The notes beneath the pieces were generated by a model. The model was not told where the DNA came from. It did no database searches and was given only the letters and a program-made list of their open reading frames with translations. A program made the translations under genes and the position numbers. Of a stretch of 64,000 bases of DNA, positions 1 to 10,938 are shown piece after piece. Each line of letters opens with the position of its first letter. Positions within the stretch are counted from its first letter, which is position 1. The DNA is from an uncultured Gemmatimonadaceae bacterium (GTDB lineage: Bacteria > Gemmatimonadota > Gemmatimonadetes > Gemmatimonadales > Gemmatimonadaceae). Location: assembly GCA_963790305.1 (NCBI GenBank), contig CAWBOC010000013.1:1-64000 (forward strand), written 5' to 3'.

Positions 1-2126
1 AACGCGGCCCACCGTCTCACCGACCGGCTCACCGTGTCGGGAAACGTCTCGTACTCCGACACGCGTGGTGAGTTCATCGGGCGCGGCAACAACGTGAACG
101 GGCTGCAGCTCGGCCTGCTCCGCACGCCGCCCAACTTCAACAATTTCCCGTACCTCGATCCAGCGACCGGCCTCCATGGGTCATTCCGGTTGCAGAACCC
201 GTCCGCTCTCTCGGGCAGCGAATCCCGCGGGTTCGACAACCCGATCTTCATTCTGCACGAGCCGCTGAACGGCGCCAAAGTCGGACGCACCTTCGGCAAC
301 GTGAACGCGGAGTGGCTGCCGTCCACGTGGCTCAAGGTGAACTACACGTTAGGCGCCGACTAGCAACGACGAGCGGATCGAAGGCGCGCCGCAGGCGTCG
401 TCGGACGTGTCGGCGGGCGGTCGCATCACCGAGGGCACGATCACCAACTTCGAGCTCGACCACAATCTGGCGGGAACGGCGACGTGGACCCTCTCGCCCT
501 CCATCGGCGGGACGCTCACGCTCGGCCAGAACCTCAGCATCCCCAACAACCGGCAGCTGTCGGTGGTCGGTCGCACACTGGTTGCCCGAGGCCGTACAAG
601 TTGTCGAACACGTCAATGGGATCTCCCAATCAACATCGAGAACAACATCCACCGCGAGTCGTATTTGGGACAGCTGACCGTCGACCTGTTCGACCAGCTG
701 TACCTCACAATGGCGGCCCGCAATGACGGCTCTTCGACGTTTGGCGAGGAGGATCAGCGCAACTGGTTCCCCAAAGGAAGTCTCGCCTGGACGTTTACCA
801 ACTATCTCGGCGAGCAGCCCTGGGTGACGTTCGGCAAGCTGCGCGTGGCCTACGGCGAAGCAGGCACGGAACCGCAGCCGTACTTCACGTCCGACATTTT
901 CAACAGCGGCTCCATTCTGCTGACGCCGATCTCGCAGGGCACTGGATTGTCGCCGAGTCAGGGTGGGCGCGGCGGTCTGTACTCGTGGATCGTGAAGGCG
1001 GCGGATCGGTTGCTGCCCGAGCGCACGAAGGAGTTCGAGACCGGGTTCGACCTTGGGCTCTATCGCGACAAGGCAGATATCAGCTTCACGTTCTACAACG
1101 CCATCACGTCGGACGTGATTCTGTTGACGCCCCGGCCTCCTCGACAGGATATTTCACGCAGCCCCAGAACTCGGCCGAGTTCCGCAATCGCGGCTACGAG
1201 GTGGCGCTGAACCTCCGACCGGTCGCGACACCGAACTTCAGCTGGGATGTGGGACTGCAATGGGCGCGGAACCAGAGCCTGGTCACGCAGCTCGACGCCG
1301 CCACGTTCATTCCGATCGACGGCACCAATACGCTCACGCCTTACGAGGTGGCGAAGGAAGGGTCGCCCGTTGGCGTGTTCTACGACTTTGGATGGGTGCG
1401 GTGCGGCGTCAGCCCGAACGGGATGGACGCAGCGGTGAATGGGGATCTGGCTACGGTCTGCGGCGGCCAACCCGAGGGTGCGTTGTACATTGCGGCGAAC
1501 GGATTCCCGGTCGCCGATCCGAATCAGCGTGTGCTGGGCGACCCCAATCCCGACTGGACGGGGAGCGTTCGCAGCGGATTCCGCTACAAGAAGTGGGAGG
1601 TCTCGGGTCTCCTCGACATCCGTCAGGGTGGGGACATCTACAACGGGACCCGCGGCGCCCTCTACAGCTACGGGACCCACAAGGACACCGAGCAGCGCGC
1701 GAGCTGCTCCGGCGGCGTGTGCACGGGCAACGAGAAGACCTTTGGACGCAACGGCTGGTTCGACGGGGCAGTGGTGGGCCCAGGCGCCGGGACGGCAGTG
1801 CCGATCGGGGAAAACTGGTATCGCCAGGGGCTCGGGGCCGGTCCGTTCGCCGGCAACTCCGACGGCTTCATCGAGGACGGCAGCTACGTGAAGCTGCGTG
1901 AGCTGTCGCTCGGCTACACCCTCGACAATTCCTGGATCCGCAGCACGCTGGGCCTAACGAGCCTCGACCTGCGGGTCGCGGCCGGAACCTGAAGACCTGG
2001 ACGGACTACACCGGCTACGACCCGGAGACCAATCTGGGCGGCGCGATTCAGAACACGCGGGGCTACGACTACTTCAACATGCCGCAGACGCGCTCGTACG
2101 TGTTCACCGTCAACCTGAATCGCTGA
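1..2126 (+). CDS. SusC/RagA-family TonB-linked outer membrane protein (5'-truncated by window; several frameshifts)
   Basis: ORF pieces 34-363, 407-1210, 985-1992 and a tail ending ...NMPQTRSYVFTVNLNR-TGA(2126). SusC motifs RNDGSSTFG, KLRVAYG, PERTKEFETG, NRGYE, GDPNPDWTG, IEDGSYVKLREL, YTGYDPE. Indels near 361, 590-620, 1130 and 1985. Confidence 0.9.
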
Positions 2127-2145
2127 CCTCACGAGGATGACACCC

Positions 2146-3546
2146 ATGAGACGATATCTCGCGATCGCGCTCGGCGGACTGCTGTTCGCCGGCGCGACCG
2201 GTTGTACGGACTTCCTCACCAAGGATGGGGTCGGGAACGACAAGGATCCCAACAACCCTCGTGAGGCGACACGGGACCAGCTGTTCATCGCCGCGCAGGC
2301 GGCGCAGTTCGGCATGCAGGAGGCGAACATCGGCATGTTCGCATGCCTGTTCATGCAGCAGTGCGGGGGCGTCGGCGGTCGGTTCGTGCAGTTCCGCGGC
2401 TGGTACTTCATGACCGAGGTCGACGCGAACTCCGATTTCATTCAGCTCTACAGCGGTGGCGGTCTGCTCGACCTTCGGAAGGTGCAGGAGATCGCGGAGG
2501 AGGACGGCAACCGGGAATACGCCGGCGTGGCGAAGATTCTCGAAGCCATGCTGATCGGATTGGGTGCCGATGTCTTTGGCGACATTCCGTACCGGGAGGC
2601 CGCCCAGTTCGAGACCATCAAGACGCCTGCGTTCGATCCACAGGCCCAGATCTACGCCGACATTCAGGCGCTGCTGACGGAGGCCATTGCCGACATTCAG
2701 AGCGGTGCGGGCGAGGTTCCGGCGGCGCTCGATCTCGTCTATGGTGGCAACATGACCGCGTGGGTCGAGGCCGCGTATACGCTGAAGGCTCGCTTCTTCC
2801 TGCACACGGTCGAGCAGGCGAACGGTGGAGTGAACCTTACCGCGTACCAGAACGCCATCGCGGCCGCCAACAACGGCATCAGCTCCCCGGCGAACGACCT
2901 CCGCGCGTTCCACGGAAGCGCGACCTCCGAGCGCAACATCTGGTATCAGTTCTCGCAGACGACGTTCGGGCAGGATATCGTGGCGGGGAAGACGCTCGTG
3001 GATCTCATGGTTGCGCGGGGAGACCCACGTCTCGATGACTACTTTGGTCTCAATGCGCACGGCACCTATGGCGGTTACGATGCGCCAACCAATGCCACCG
3101 ATCCCAATGACATCTCACCATTCACGGGAAGCGCTCGGAACGTCCCGAACTTCCGGCAACCGCTCGTCACGTGGGAGGAGAACCAGCTCATTCTCGCCGA
3201 GGCGAAGCTGATGACGCTGGGTGCGGCGGCGGCGCTGCCGCATCTGACGGCGGTGCGTGCGCAGTACGATCTCGCGCCGGTGCCGGCGACGCTCGAGAAC
3301 ATCATTCTCGAGAAGTACGTCGCATTGTTCCAGAACATTGAGGTGTGGAACGACTACAAGCGCACGTGCTTTCCGCACCTGACAGCGGTACCCGACGCAG
3401 ATTTCGGGCACGGATTCGGCGACGAGGTTCCAGGCCGTCTGTTCTATGGATCGACCGAGATGAATGCCAATCCGAACACTCCCTCGGTTGGCGAGCAGCT
3501 CGCCGGAGGGTTCCGGAATCCGAACGATCCGAATGCATGTCCGTAA
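2146..3546 (+). CDS. SusD/RagB-family outer membrane lipoprotein
   Basis: Lipobox ATGC; motifs DPNNP, FGDIPYREA, ENQLILAEA, EKYVALF, EVWNDYKRT; directly downstream of SusC. Confidence 0.9.
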   Translation: MRRYLAIALGGLLFAGATGCTDFLTKDGVGNDKDPNNPREATRDQLFIAAQAAQFGMQEANIGMFACLFMQQCGGVGGRFVQFRGWYFMTEVDANSDFIQLYSGGGLLDLRKVQEIAEEDGNREYAGVAKILEAMLIGLGADVFGDIPYREAAQFETIKTPAFDPQAQIYADIQALLTEAIADIQSGAGEVPAALDLVYGGNMTAWVEAAYTLKARFFLHTVEQANGGVNLTAYQNAIAAANNGISSPANDLRAFHGSATSERNIWYQFSQTTFGQDIVAGKTLVDLMVARGDPRLDDYFGLNAHGTYGGYDAPTNATDPNDISPFTGSARNVPNFRQPLVTWEENQLILAEAKLMTLGAAAALPHLTAVRAQYDLAPVPATLENIILEKYVALFQNIEVWNDYKRTCFPHLTAVPDADFGHGFGDEVPGRLFYGSTEMNANPNTPSVGEQLAGGFRNPNDPNACP

Positions 3547-3550
3547 AGGC

Positions 3551-3628
3551 GAATGCGGAATGCGGAATGCGGAGATCAATAACGGGCGGCTGGCAATGCC
3601 GTTGATGCGAATTCCGCATTCCGCAATC
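3551..3628. repeat. Family A hairpin element, (GAATGCG)n...(CGCATTC)n, copy A1
   Basis: gaatgcg x3, a partly self-complementary spacer, then gcgaattc-cgcattc-cgcaatc. Confidence 0.85.
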
Positions 3629-4063
3629 GGCGTCACAATCGCGTTTGTCATCCTGCTCGCGGGTTGCCACCGCTACGAGCCGGTGACCGGCTCGACCGTG
3701 GCGCGCGGGTCGAGCGTGGCGGTGTCGCTGACGGACTTCGGCACCGCCAATCTCGGCCGGCTGTTAGGCATGGGTGTCGGGACGGTGGAGGGCAATCTCG
3801 TCTCCGTCTCCGACAGCGTGTACACGCTGGCCGTGCAGGTCGTGCGGCAGCGCAACGGCATCGAGACGTTCTGGCGGGGAGAGCAGGTGGCCATCCCGCG
3901 AACCGACGTCGCGGAAATTCGTCAGCGGCGGTTTTCTCGCAGCAAGAGCGCGCTGGCGACGGTGGCCATTCTCGCGGCGGCATTTGGCGCTGTCGAAGCA
4001 TTCATTGGAACCGGATCAGGCTCGCCGTCCCCCGGTGGCTCAGGAGGTGGCGGGCCGCGCTAG
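3560..4063 (+). CDS. Hypothetical lipoprotein
   Basis: Part of ORF 3464-4063; hydrophobic stretch ending LLAGC, C-terminal hydrophobic helix and Gly/Ser tail. Start uncertain (3533/3560/3596/3605). Confidence 0.7.
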   Translation: MRNAEINNGRLAMPLMRIPHSAIGVTIAFVILLAGCHRYEPVTGSTVARGSSVAVSLTDFGTANLGRLLGMGVGTVEGNLVSVSDSVYTLAVQVVRQRNGIETFWRGEQVAIPRTDVAEIRQRRFSRSKSALATVAILAAAFGAVEAFIGTGSGSPSPGGSGGGGPR

Positions 4064-4129
4064 GAACAGGCCGATCCCGGAGGGGTGCAACGCACGCGAT
4101 CCCCCTCCAACTGACCGTGCGGAGCGAAG

Positions 4130-4158
4130 TAAAACACCGCGACCAGGAGACGCGGTGC
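4130..4158 (-). terminator. Putative intrinsic terminator for the GDPD gene
   Basis: Minus strand reads gcaccgcg-tctcctggt-cgcggtgt-ttt. Confidence 0.45.
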
Positions 4159-4176
4159 CCTCCGGGTCGGCGACAA

Positions 4177-4238
4177 CGGAATGCGGAGTGCGGAATGCGG
4201 AGTAGTGCTGACAGTCCGCATTCCGCATTCCGCATTCG
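4177..4238. repeat. Family A hairpin element, copy A2
   Basis: cggaatg-cggagtg-cggaatg-cggagt...tc-cgcattc x3, between convergent genes. Confidence 0.9.
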
Positions 4239-5018
4239 TCATTGGGCTCGTCGCCGTTCTTCGAGGATCCCGCTCGGAGCGTTGGGGATGATTCCATTCA
4301 CGCCCTGTGCCCACAGTCGACGTGCTTCGCGTGGCTCGTCGACGGTCCAGACGTGCACCGGCGCCTGGATCTGGCGTGCGCCACGGACGATCAAGCCCAC
4401 CGGCACCGGCACTCCGTAGTACTCGTTGGGCGGACAGATGGCGCGATAAGGGACGCGCCCGGGCTTGAGTCCGGCAGCAGTGCGCGCCATGAGCTGCAAG
4501 ACGTCGCGCCGCGACGCGCCGCACGTGAAGGGCGGCTCGAGGAAGGCGTTCAGCGACCCGGCTTCGAAGGCGGCGACAATGCAGCGCGCTGCAGCCTTGA
4601 ACCGCTCGAGTACACGTCGGAGGGCCCACTGGGCGTGAATCGCCTTCACCTCGATGAGCATGGGCATGTCGGCGGGAATCGCCGCCAGGACTTCCTCGAC
4701 CGTCGGGACACGGATGCCTTGATCGCGGTACGGATACGTCTTGCCACCGTCGGGAGTAAAGCGTGCGCCCGCGTCGAGCTCTCGAAGCCGGCGCAACGAC
4801 ATGCTGGCGATCGCCCCTTCGCCCGACGTCGTTCGCATGACGGTGGGATCGTGCATAACGACCGGAACGTCCTCGGCCGTGACATGCACATCGAGCTCGA
4901 TGGCATCGACGCCCTGTTCGATCGCGCGGAGGAACGACGGGAGCGTGTTCTCCGGCGCTTCGGCCGAGGCGCCGCGATGCCCGATGACGGGATGCGCGGT
5001 GGTATCGAGAAGGATCAT
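4239..5018 (-). CDS. Glycerophosphodiester phosphodiesterase family protein
   Basis: IGHRGASAEAPENTL, IELDVH, VVMHD, IEVK and HVWTVD motifs. Confidence 0.92.
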   Translation of the reverse strand: MILLDTTAHPVIGHRGASAEAPENTLPSFLRAIEQGVDAIELDVHVTAEDVPVVMHDPTVMRTTSGEGAIASMSLRRLRELDAGARFTPDGGKTYPYRDQGIRVPTVEEVLAAIPADMPMLIEVKAIHAQWALRRVLERFKAAARCIVAAFEAGSLNAFLEPPFTCGASRRDVLQLMARTAAGLKPGRVPYRAICPPNEYYGVPVPVGLIVRGARQIQAPVHVWTVDEPREARRLWAQGVNGIIPNAPSGILEERRRAQ

Positions 5019-5162
5019 GGAGCGAGCAGGCTGGCCAGGTGCAGGGTGCGTTGGACCGAGGAGAAAGGCAGCGGGGCTGCAGACGTTCGCAGCCCCGCTC
5101 CTCATTCAAGGCAGACCGCGGGCCGTTGGGACCGTGGCCGCTCAAGTCCTCGATCAATCCCT

Positions 5163-7773
5163 CTAGAACGTCACCTGCAGCTGCGAGAGGATCATACGCC
5201 CGAGCTCTGGCGCTCCAATGAACTCGCGGTGCTTGTCGCCGAACAGGTTCTGCACGTTCACCGACAGGATCGTGTTCGAGGCGAAGGGCAAGCGATAGGC
5301 CGCGGACGCGTCCATCACGGTGTATGACTCAATCGTTCCGACGAAGACGCCAGAATTCATCGGGAACGTCTCGATCCAGCGGCCGCGCAGATCCACCGTG
5401 AAGCCGGTCGGCTGCTCGCGGTACGCGACGCCGAGTGCGGCCTTGTTCTTTGGCGCGTTCAAGGCGACGTCGGATACGCCTCCCACTTCGCTGCGCGGGA
5501 AGAAGTTCTTGTTGACGAACGAATATGATCCGTTGAGCGACACGCGATCGGTCATGAGGACATCGAACGCGAGGTCGGCGCCCCACCGGTCGAGATCTCC
5601 GAAGTTCCGGTAGGTGAGGATGAGCTCCGGCGCCTGCGTCAGCGGATTGTCCGGCGTCACGACACCGATGGGCGTGCTGGCGATGGCCGTGGCCGCGGTC
5701 GCCGCCTGCGCCGGTGCGATTCCATTCGCGATCAGGTACCCGGCTAGCGGCGTACCCGCGAAGTGCGCCGTAGGCGTTTCGACGATCAGCGGACCGACGA
5801 AGTCCGTCTTCTTCTCGAAATACACGTCGGCGGCGAAGCGGAGGCGTTCGGCGACGAGGCCGTTGTAGCCGACCTCGTACGTACTCGTGATGGTCGGCTT
5901 GAGACGGCCAATGTCACGCACGTCGGCGGGTTGAACCACAAAGGGCTGGTTCTGCGCGTTGCGCGCGAACAGGACCGTCGGCACCTGCGCGGCGGTGGGC
6001 CGCGGCACCGTCGAGATATTCACTCCGGCCTGTGCTGCGACTCCCTGCGCAACCGCCCAGAAGTTCGTGACGTCCGGAGGCAGGTACTGTAGGGGTCCAC
6101 CGAGTCCGGCAGGTGTGAAGGGCGACTTCATGCAGAGCGTGTTGCCGTTGACCGCGGTGCAGTTACGGCGGAACTGCAGCCCGCTTTGGGGCACGCCGAC
6201 CGTGCGTACGTTGTACGGCCCGAGCTGCTGCGCGATCAGGTCGAGGAAAAGATTGTTCGTGGTCGGCGTATTGAACGCGCGGTTGTACGTGAACCGTACG
6301 GTGTGTCCAGTGTCGGGCTTGAAGACGAGCGCGGCACGCGGCGAGAAAACCGGATCCTCGAGCTCGCTGTGATCGTCCCCGCGCAGGGCGAGGACGAGAT
6401 CGAACATGGGGCTCAGCCTGGTCTCCGACTGTATGTAGCCGCCCAACTCGGCAATGTCGTCGATCCCTTCGTTCCGGCCGTTGATGGTGCCATCGGTGCG
6501 CGGCTCCGTCTTCGAGTAATCGATGCCGTAGATGAACGACTGGCGATCTCCGAAATCGAGGCCGTGCTGGATCTGCCCAACCATGACGCGAGACTTGTCG
6601 ATGACACGCTGTCCCGTGCGCAACAGGTATGTGTCCGACGTGTTGCTCGTGTTCAGGAATGCCTGTGCGAAGAGCCGATTCCAGCGAAACCGCGCCTGGC
6701 CGAAGTCATAGCTCCAGTCCTTCGCCTGCGCGGTCCCAATGCCGGTCATCTCCGAGGGCGCTTCCCGCGAACGCGCGGCCCCCCGTGAACACCAGCTCCG
6801 ACGCTGGCGTGGGACGTACGTCGAAGCGAACCTCACCCGACCAGCGCTCGACGTCGAAGTCTCGTGGCAGCGTTTCGGCGGGATCGGTGTACTCCCAGTC
6901 CTCGGCCTTGAGGATCTGTCCGGAGATCTTGTAGCCGAAGCGCTCGCCCGAGGTGCCGGCGTGACGCACCGCTCCACGCAGGATGCTGCGGTTGCCGGCG
7001 CCGAGGCTGACCGTCGTGCCTTTGGACTCGAACGGTGACTTGCTGATGATATGCATGACGCCGTTGGCCGCGTTGGGTCCGTACAGCGCCGCGCCCGGGC
7101 CCAGGACCACTTCGATCTGACCGACGTCCTCGTTGGGGGTCGCGATCAGATACGGGGTGTTCACGCGAAGCGACGGCACGGTGGCGTAGCGATAGTCGCT
7201 GATCGTGAGCATCGCGCCGGAAAAGACATTGTTGAACCCGCGCACCACAACATTCCCGCCTTGCACACCAGTGCTCGCGTAGTCGACGCCCGGCACTGAC
7301 CTGATCTGATCGACGGGCGTGAGTGAGGGCCGCTCTTCAATGATCTGCGGCGTCACGACCTCGGTGTGAGAGGGCGCGTCCTGAGCTTTCTCGGGAGTGC
7401 GGGATCCGGTGACGACGGTCGGGTTCAGAACGATGGCGACGGCTGACACCGCCAAGTCGATCTCTACCGTTTGCCCCGGACCCACGACGACGTTGCGCCG
7501 TTCGGTCTCACCGTACGCGATGCGGCGCGCGGACACGGTGTATGTGCCCGGTGCGACGGAGAAACGGTACTGTCCCTCGTCGTTGGTCATCGCTCCGCCC
7601 GCAGGGGATCGCGCGGAAGTGAGCGCCTGCACAGTGGCGCCGACGACTGGCTGGCCGCCGTCGGCATCAGTCACGCGCCCGCTGATCGTGCCGTTTTGCG
7701 CCGCGGCGCTTCCAGCGACAAAAACCAGAGCGGCGACGGCGAACGCAAGCGTCCTGCGGAGAGACACGACCAT
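5163..7773 (-). CDS. TonB-dependent receptor with N-terminal carboxypeptidase-regulatory-like domain (frameshift near 6760)
   Basis: Signal peptide; GTISGRVTDA domain; plug motifs VVVRGFN and IEVVLGPGAALYGPNAANGV; barrel ending NVQNLF...QVTF. Split over ORFs 6706-8031 and 5163-6977. Confidence 0.88.
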
Positions 7774-8040
7774 CACGCACCTCGGCGTAGTGGATGAGAC
7801 GAATTGGGCGCCAGTGTGCTGGATGCGGCGGGCGATCCAGCGTCGGATCGAATACGCGTGCTCCGGAAGCGGGGGAGGACCCGGCTTTGGGATCGCGCGT
7901 GACGCAAGGGTAGACGGGTGAGGGACATCCAGCCATACGCGACATGACGTATGGCCGCGTCGAAAATGTCGTAGGGCGTGCATTCCGGCAAGTGTGTACC
8001 CGTGCTGGCCATGCCTGACGCCGCCGAGCATCTTCTCCCC

Positions 8041-9867
8041 ATGCCTGCCCCTCTATCGCGGTTCGCACGCCGTCCCTTCGCCGTTCCCCTCGCGCTCCTT
8101 GCCACGGCGTGCGCGCAGATGAACCCGGAGACGCGGCTCGATGTCAACCGACACGTGATTCGCGTCAACCAGGTCGGGTATCTTCCCGCGAGCCCCAAGG
8201 TCGCCGTGCTCTGTTCGCTCGATACGGTTCAGATTCGACAATTCACCGTCGAATCGAGCGAAGGAGTACGCGTTCTCGAGCCGCTGCCGGCCGTGGCAGC
8301 TCGACCATTTGGCCCGTGCGCCTCGACGCATCGGCTCGACTTCTCGAGCGTGCGTGCCGAGGGGGAGTACCGGCTCGTTGCGGCGGGAGTCCGCTCGCCC
8401 CTCGTTCGGATCTCGCGGACGGCGTACGCAGGTCTCGGAGACTCGCTGCTGTGGTACATGCGCCAGCAGCGCTCCGGATACAATCCGTTCTTTCGAGATT
8501 CCGTGCACAAGAAGGACGCGCTCCTCGTGGATCATCCAACGCGCGAGGGGGAATTCATCCCGGTGAGTGGTGGGTGGGCCGACGCGGCCGACTATCTCCA
8601 GTACGTCACGACCTCGGCCAACGCGACGTACGTGATGATGATGGCGTACCGCGAAACGCCCGATGTGTGGGGGGATGGACATCTCGCGGACGGCCTTCCC
8701 GGACGGAACGGCGTTCCCGACGTGCTCGATGAAGCGAGGCACGGTCTCGAGTGGCTGCTGCGAATGTTCCCCGAGGATTCGCTGATGCTCAACCAGCTGG
8801 GCGATGATCGCGATCACGCCTTTCTGGACCTGCCGACGACCGACTCCTCCGACTACGGCTGGGGAAAGGGCGGACCCCGGCCCGTGTACCCCTGCACCGG
8901 GAAGCCTCAGGGCCTCTTCGCGAACAAGAATCGTTCGACCGGATTTGCCTCGACGGCAGGGAAATACGCCTCGGCGTTCGCGCTCGGTGCGCAGCTCTTC
9001 GCCGATCGCGAGCCCGGTTTCGCGCGCCGCCTTCGTGACCGGGCAACGGTCGCGTACGAGATCGGTCGTGCGCGGCCCGGCGTCTGTCAGACTGCACCGG
9101 GACGGGCGCCCTATTTCTACGAGGAGGACAACTGGGCCGACGACATGGAGCTCGGTGCGACCCAGCTCTTCCAGCTCACGAGATCACCGCGGTATCTCGT
9201 GGAGGCGGCCGAGTATGCGCGCCTCGAGCCGGTGACGCCGTGGATGGGCGCGGACACGGCCAATCACTACCAGTGGTATCCCTGGCACAACAACGGGCAC
9301 TACGAGCTGTGGCGCGGAGGAGGAGCAGCGGAGCGAAGCACCGCGGTCGGATACTACCGTGAGGGTCTCGAGCGCATCGCGCGCCGCGCGGACAACGGAT
9401 TCCGGATTGGCATTCCGTTCATCTGGTGCTCCGCGAATCTGATGGTCTCGCTCGCGACACAGGCGCGGCTTTATCGGGAAATGAGCGGCGACACGCGGTT
9501 CGTCGACATGGAAATGGCGGCGCTCGACTGGATATTCGGGGCCAATCCGTGGGGAATGTCGATGGTCATCGGCATCCCCAAGGATGGAGTGTTTCCGCGA
9601 GATCCTCACTCGGTGGTGGCCAAGAACCTTGGTGTCGTGCTCACCGGCGGGCTGATCGACGGTCCGGTGTACCGATCGATCTTCCAGAATCTGCGCGGCA
9701 TCCACCTGTTTCAGCCCGACGAGTTCGCAGCCTTCAACGCCGGCCACATCGTCTATCACGATGACATGGGCGATTACTCCACCAACGAGCCGATCATGGA
9801 TGGCACCGCCAACCTGACGTACCTGGTGGGTGCGCTTGCACGTGATGGCATGCGGCTGGCGCCCTGA
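8041..9867 (+). CDS. Glycoside hydrolase family 9 with N-terminal Ig-like domain, probable lipoprotein
   Basis: IRVNQVGYLP, SGGWADAADY, DEARHGLEWL, FGANPWG and YHDD...YSTNEP motifs; LLATAC lipobox. Confidence 0.88.
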   Translation: MPAPLSRFARRPFAVPLALLATACAQMNPETRLDVNRHVIRVNQVGYLPASPKVAVLCSLDTVQIRQFTVESSEGVRVLEPLPAVAARPFGPCASTHRLDFSSVRAEGEYRLVAAGVRSPLVRISRTAYAGLGDSLLWYMRQQRSGYNPFFRDSVHKKDALLVDHPTREGEFIPVSGGWADAADYLQYVTTSANATYVMMMAYRETPDVWGDGHLADGLPGRNGVPDVLDEARHGLEWLLRMFPEDSLMLNQLGDDRDHAFLDLPTTDSSDYGWGKGGPRPVYPCTGKPQGLFANKNRSTGFASTAGKYASAFALGAQLFADREPGFARRLRDRATVAYEIGRARPGVCQTAPGRAPYFYEEDNWADDMELGATQLFQLTRSPRYLVEAAEYARLEPVTPWMGADTANHYQWYPWHNNGHYELWRGGGAAERSTAVGYYREGLERIARRADNGFRIGIPFIWCSANLMVSLATQARLYREMSGDTRFVDMEMAALDWIFGANPWGMSMVIGIPKDGVFPRDPHSVVAKNLGVVLTGGLIDGPVYRSIFQNLRGIHLFQPDEFAAFNAGHIVYHDDMGDYSTNEPIMDGTANLTYLVGALARDGMRLAP

Positions 9868-9873
9868 CACGCC

Positions 9874-10266
9874 GTGCGACAAAACATCTCGAGCGGCACA
9901 CCCTGGGAACCGATCGTCGGATACTCGCGCGCGGTGCGTGTGGGAAATACGGTCCACATTTCCGGGACGACCGCCACCGACGCGTCCGGGCGTGTCGTCG
10001 GGGCGGGGGACGCCTACGCGCAGACCCGGCAAGCGCTGAGAAACATCGAGTCCGCGCTGGCCCGCGCCGGTGCGCGGCTTGCGCACGTCGTGCGGACGCG
10101 CATCTACGTCACCGACATCGGTCGCTGGCAGGAGGTCGGTCGCGCACATGGAGAGACGTTTGGCGCGGTCCGTCCGGCGACGACCATGGTCGAGGTCCGG
10201 CGATTGATCGATCCCGACATGCTGGTGGAAATCGAGGCCGACGCCGTCATCGACGACGATGTGTGA
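9874..10266 (+). CDS. RidA/YjgF family protein
   Basis: [25 protein letters not shown] and LVEIEADA motifs. Confidence 0.92.
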   Translation: MRQNISSGTPWEPIVGYSRAVRVGNTVHISGTTATDASGRVVGAGDAYAQTRQALRNIESALARAGARLAHVVRTRIYVTDIGRWQEVGRAHGETFGAVRPATTMVEVRRLIDPDMLVEIEADAVIDDDV

Positions 10267-10434
10267 CGTACGCTCGAAACACCGCTTCTCCGCTCACGCG
10301 TGATGATGATCCACGTCACTGAGCGAAGCGGCCCCGAAAATGCACTTTCGCGTGGCACGTGGCGCACTCTTCGTGCGACCGCGCCAATCGCGAAACACGT
10401 GGTGCCACGATGAACGTCGCAAGGGGAAAGACAA

Positions 10435-10704
10435 ATGAAGCTGAAGCGAGATCTGCATCTCGAGATCAGTCGCAAGCTGCAAAACAGCGTCAGCGTGAAG
10501 GTGTTTGCCTTCCGCGCTGACCGCGATGCAGAGCGCGTGTGTCTGGGCTCGTTACACATGCCCGAGGCGTACATGCGAGTATTTCGCAACATTCTCGAGT
10601 ACGGCTCGCTCGTACTCGGTGGCCGCGTGACCGTGGGCGGCTCCTATTTCTCGTCGGGACCCATCGTTCCCGACGACGCGATGCTGGGCAACCCGGCGCC
10701 CTAA
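10435..10704 (+). CDS. Hypothetical protein (89 aa)
   Basis: Purine-rich RBS (aaggggaaag) before ATG and normal codon usage; no recognisable family. Confidence 0.6.
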   Translation: MKLKRDLHLEISRKLQNSVSVKVFAFRADRDAERVCLGSLHMPEAYMRVFRNILEYGSLVLGGRVTVGGSYFSSGPIVPDDAMLGNPAP

Positions 10705-10714
10705 CGAGCGCCGC

Positions 10715-10804
10715 AGGTCGTCGAGGTAATCGAGGTCGTCGACGTGATCGAGGTGAAATGCCGTCCCTCGATCACCTCGACGACCTCGATTTCCTCGACG
10801 ACCT
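10715..10804. repeat. Family B hairpin element (tandem 9-mer AGGTSRTCG arms), copy B1
   Basis: aggtcgtcg-aggtaatcg-aggtcgtcg-acgtgatcg-aggtg...cctcgatca-cctcgacga-cctcgattt-cctcgacga-cct. Confidence 0.9.
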
Positions 10805-10938
10805 TTGGTGACCCGCGGCACCGCGTCCATCGTAACGCGCGGTCACAGCGGTCTTTTCGAGCTAAGCGGTCAAATTGCCCGTTTCCGAGCGGTGACGGGG
10901 CCCTTTGGGGAGCGTCTTTTAAGTATCCAAGGAGCCCC

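Noticed and set aside
355..410. TAG at 361 in susC as stop-codon readthrough or recoding
   Set aside because: SusC-like sequence resumes in another frame (SNDERIEG...), so this is an indel rather than an in-frame stop.
4071..4170. Structured intergenic segment as a ribozyme or ncRNA
   Set aside because: Pairing is possible (ccgatcccggaggg/ccctccgggtcgg), but I found no hammerhead, SRP, 6S or riboswitch core; terminator-like hairpins between convergent genes explain it.
10340..10410. TGGCAC-containing inverted repeat as a sigma-54 promoter
   Set aside because: There is no correctly spaced -12 TTGC on either strand.
10715..10804. Tandem/inverted repeats as CRISPR arrays
   Set aside because: Units are 7-9 bp with no unique spacers, and there are no cas genes.
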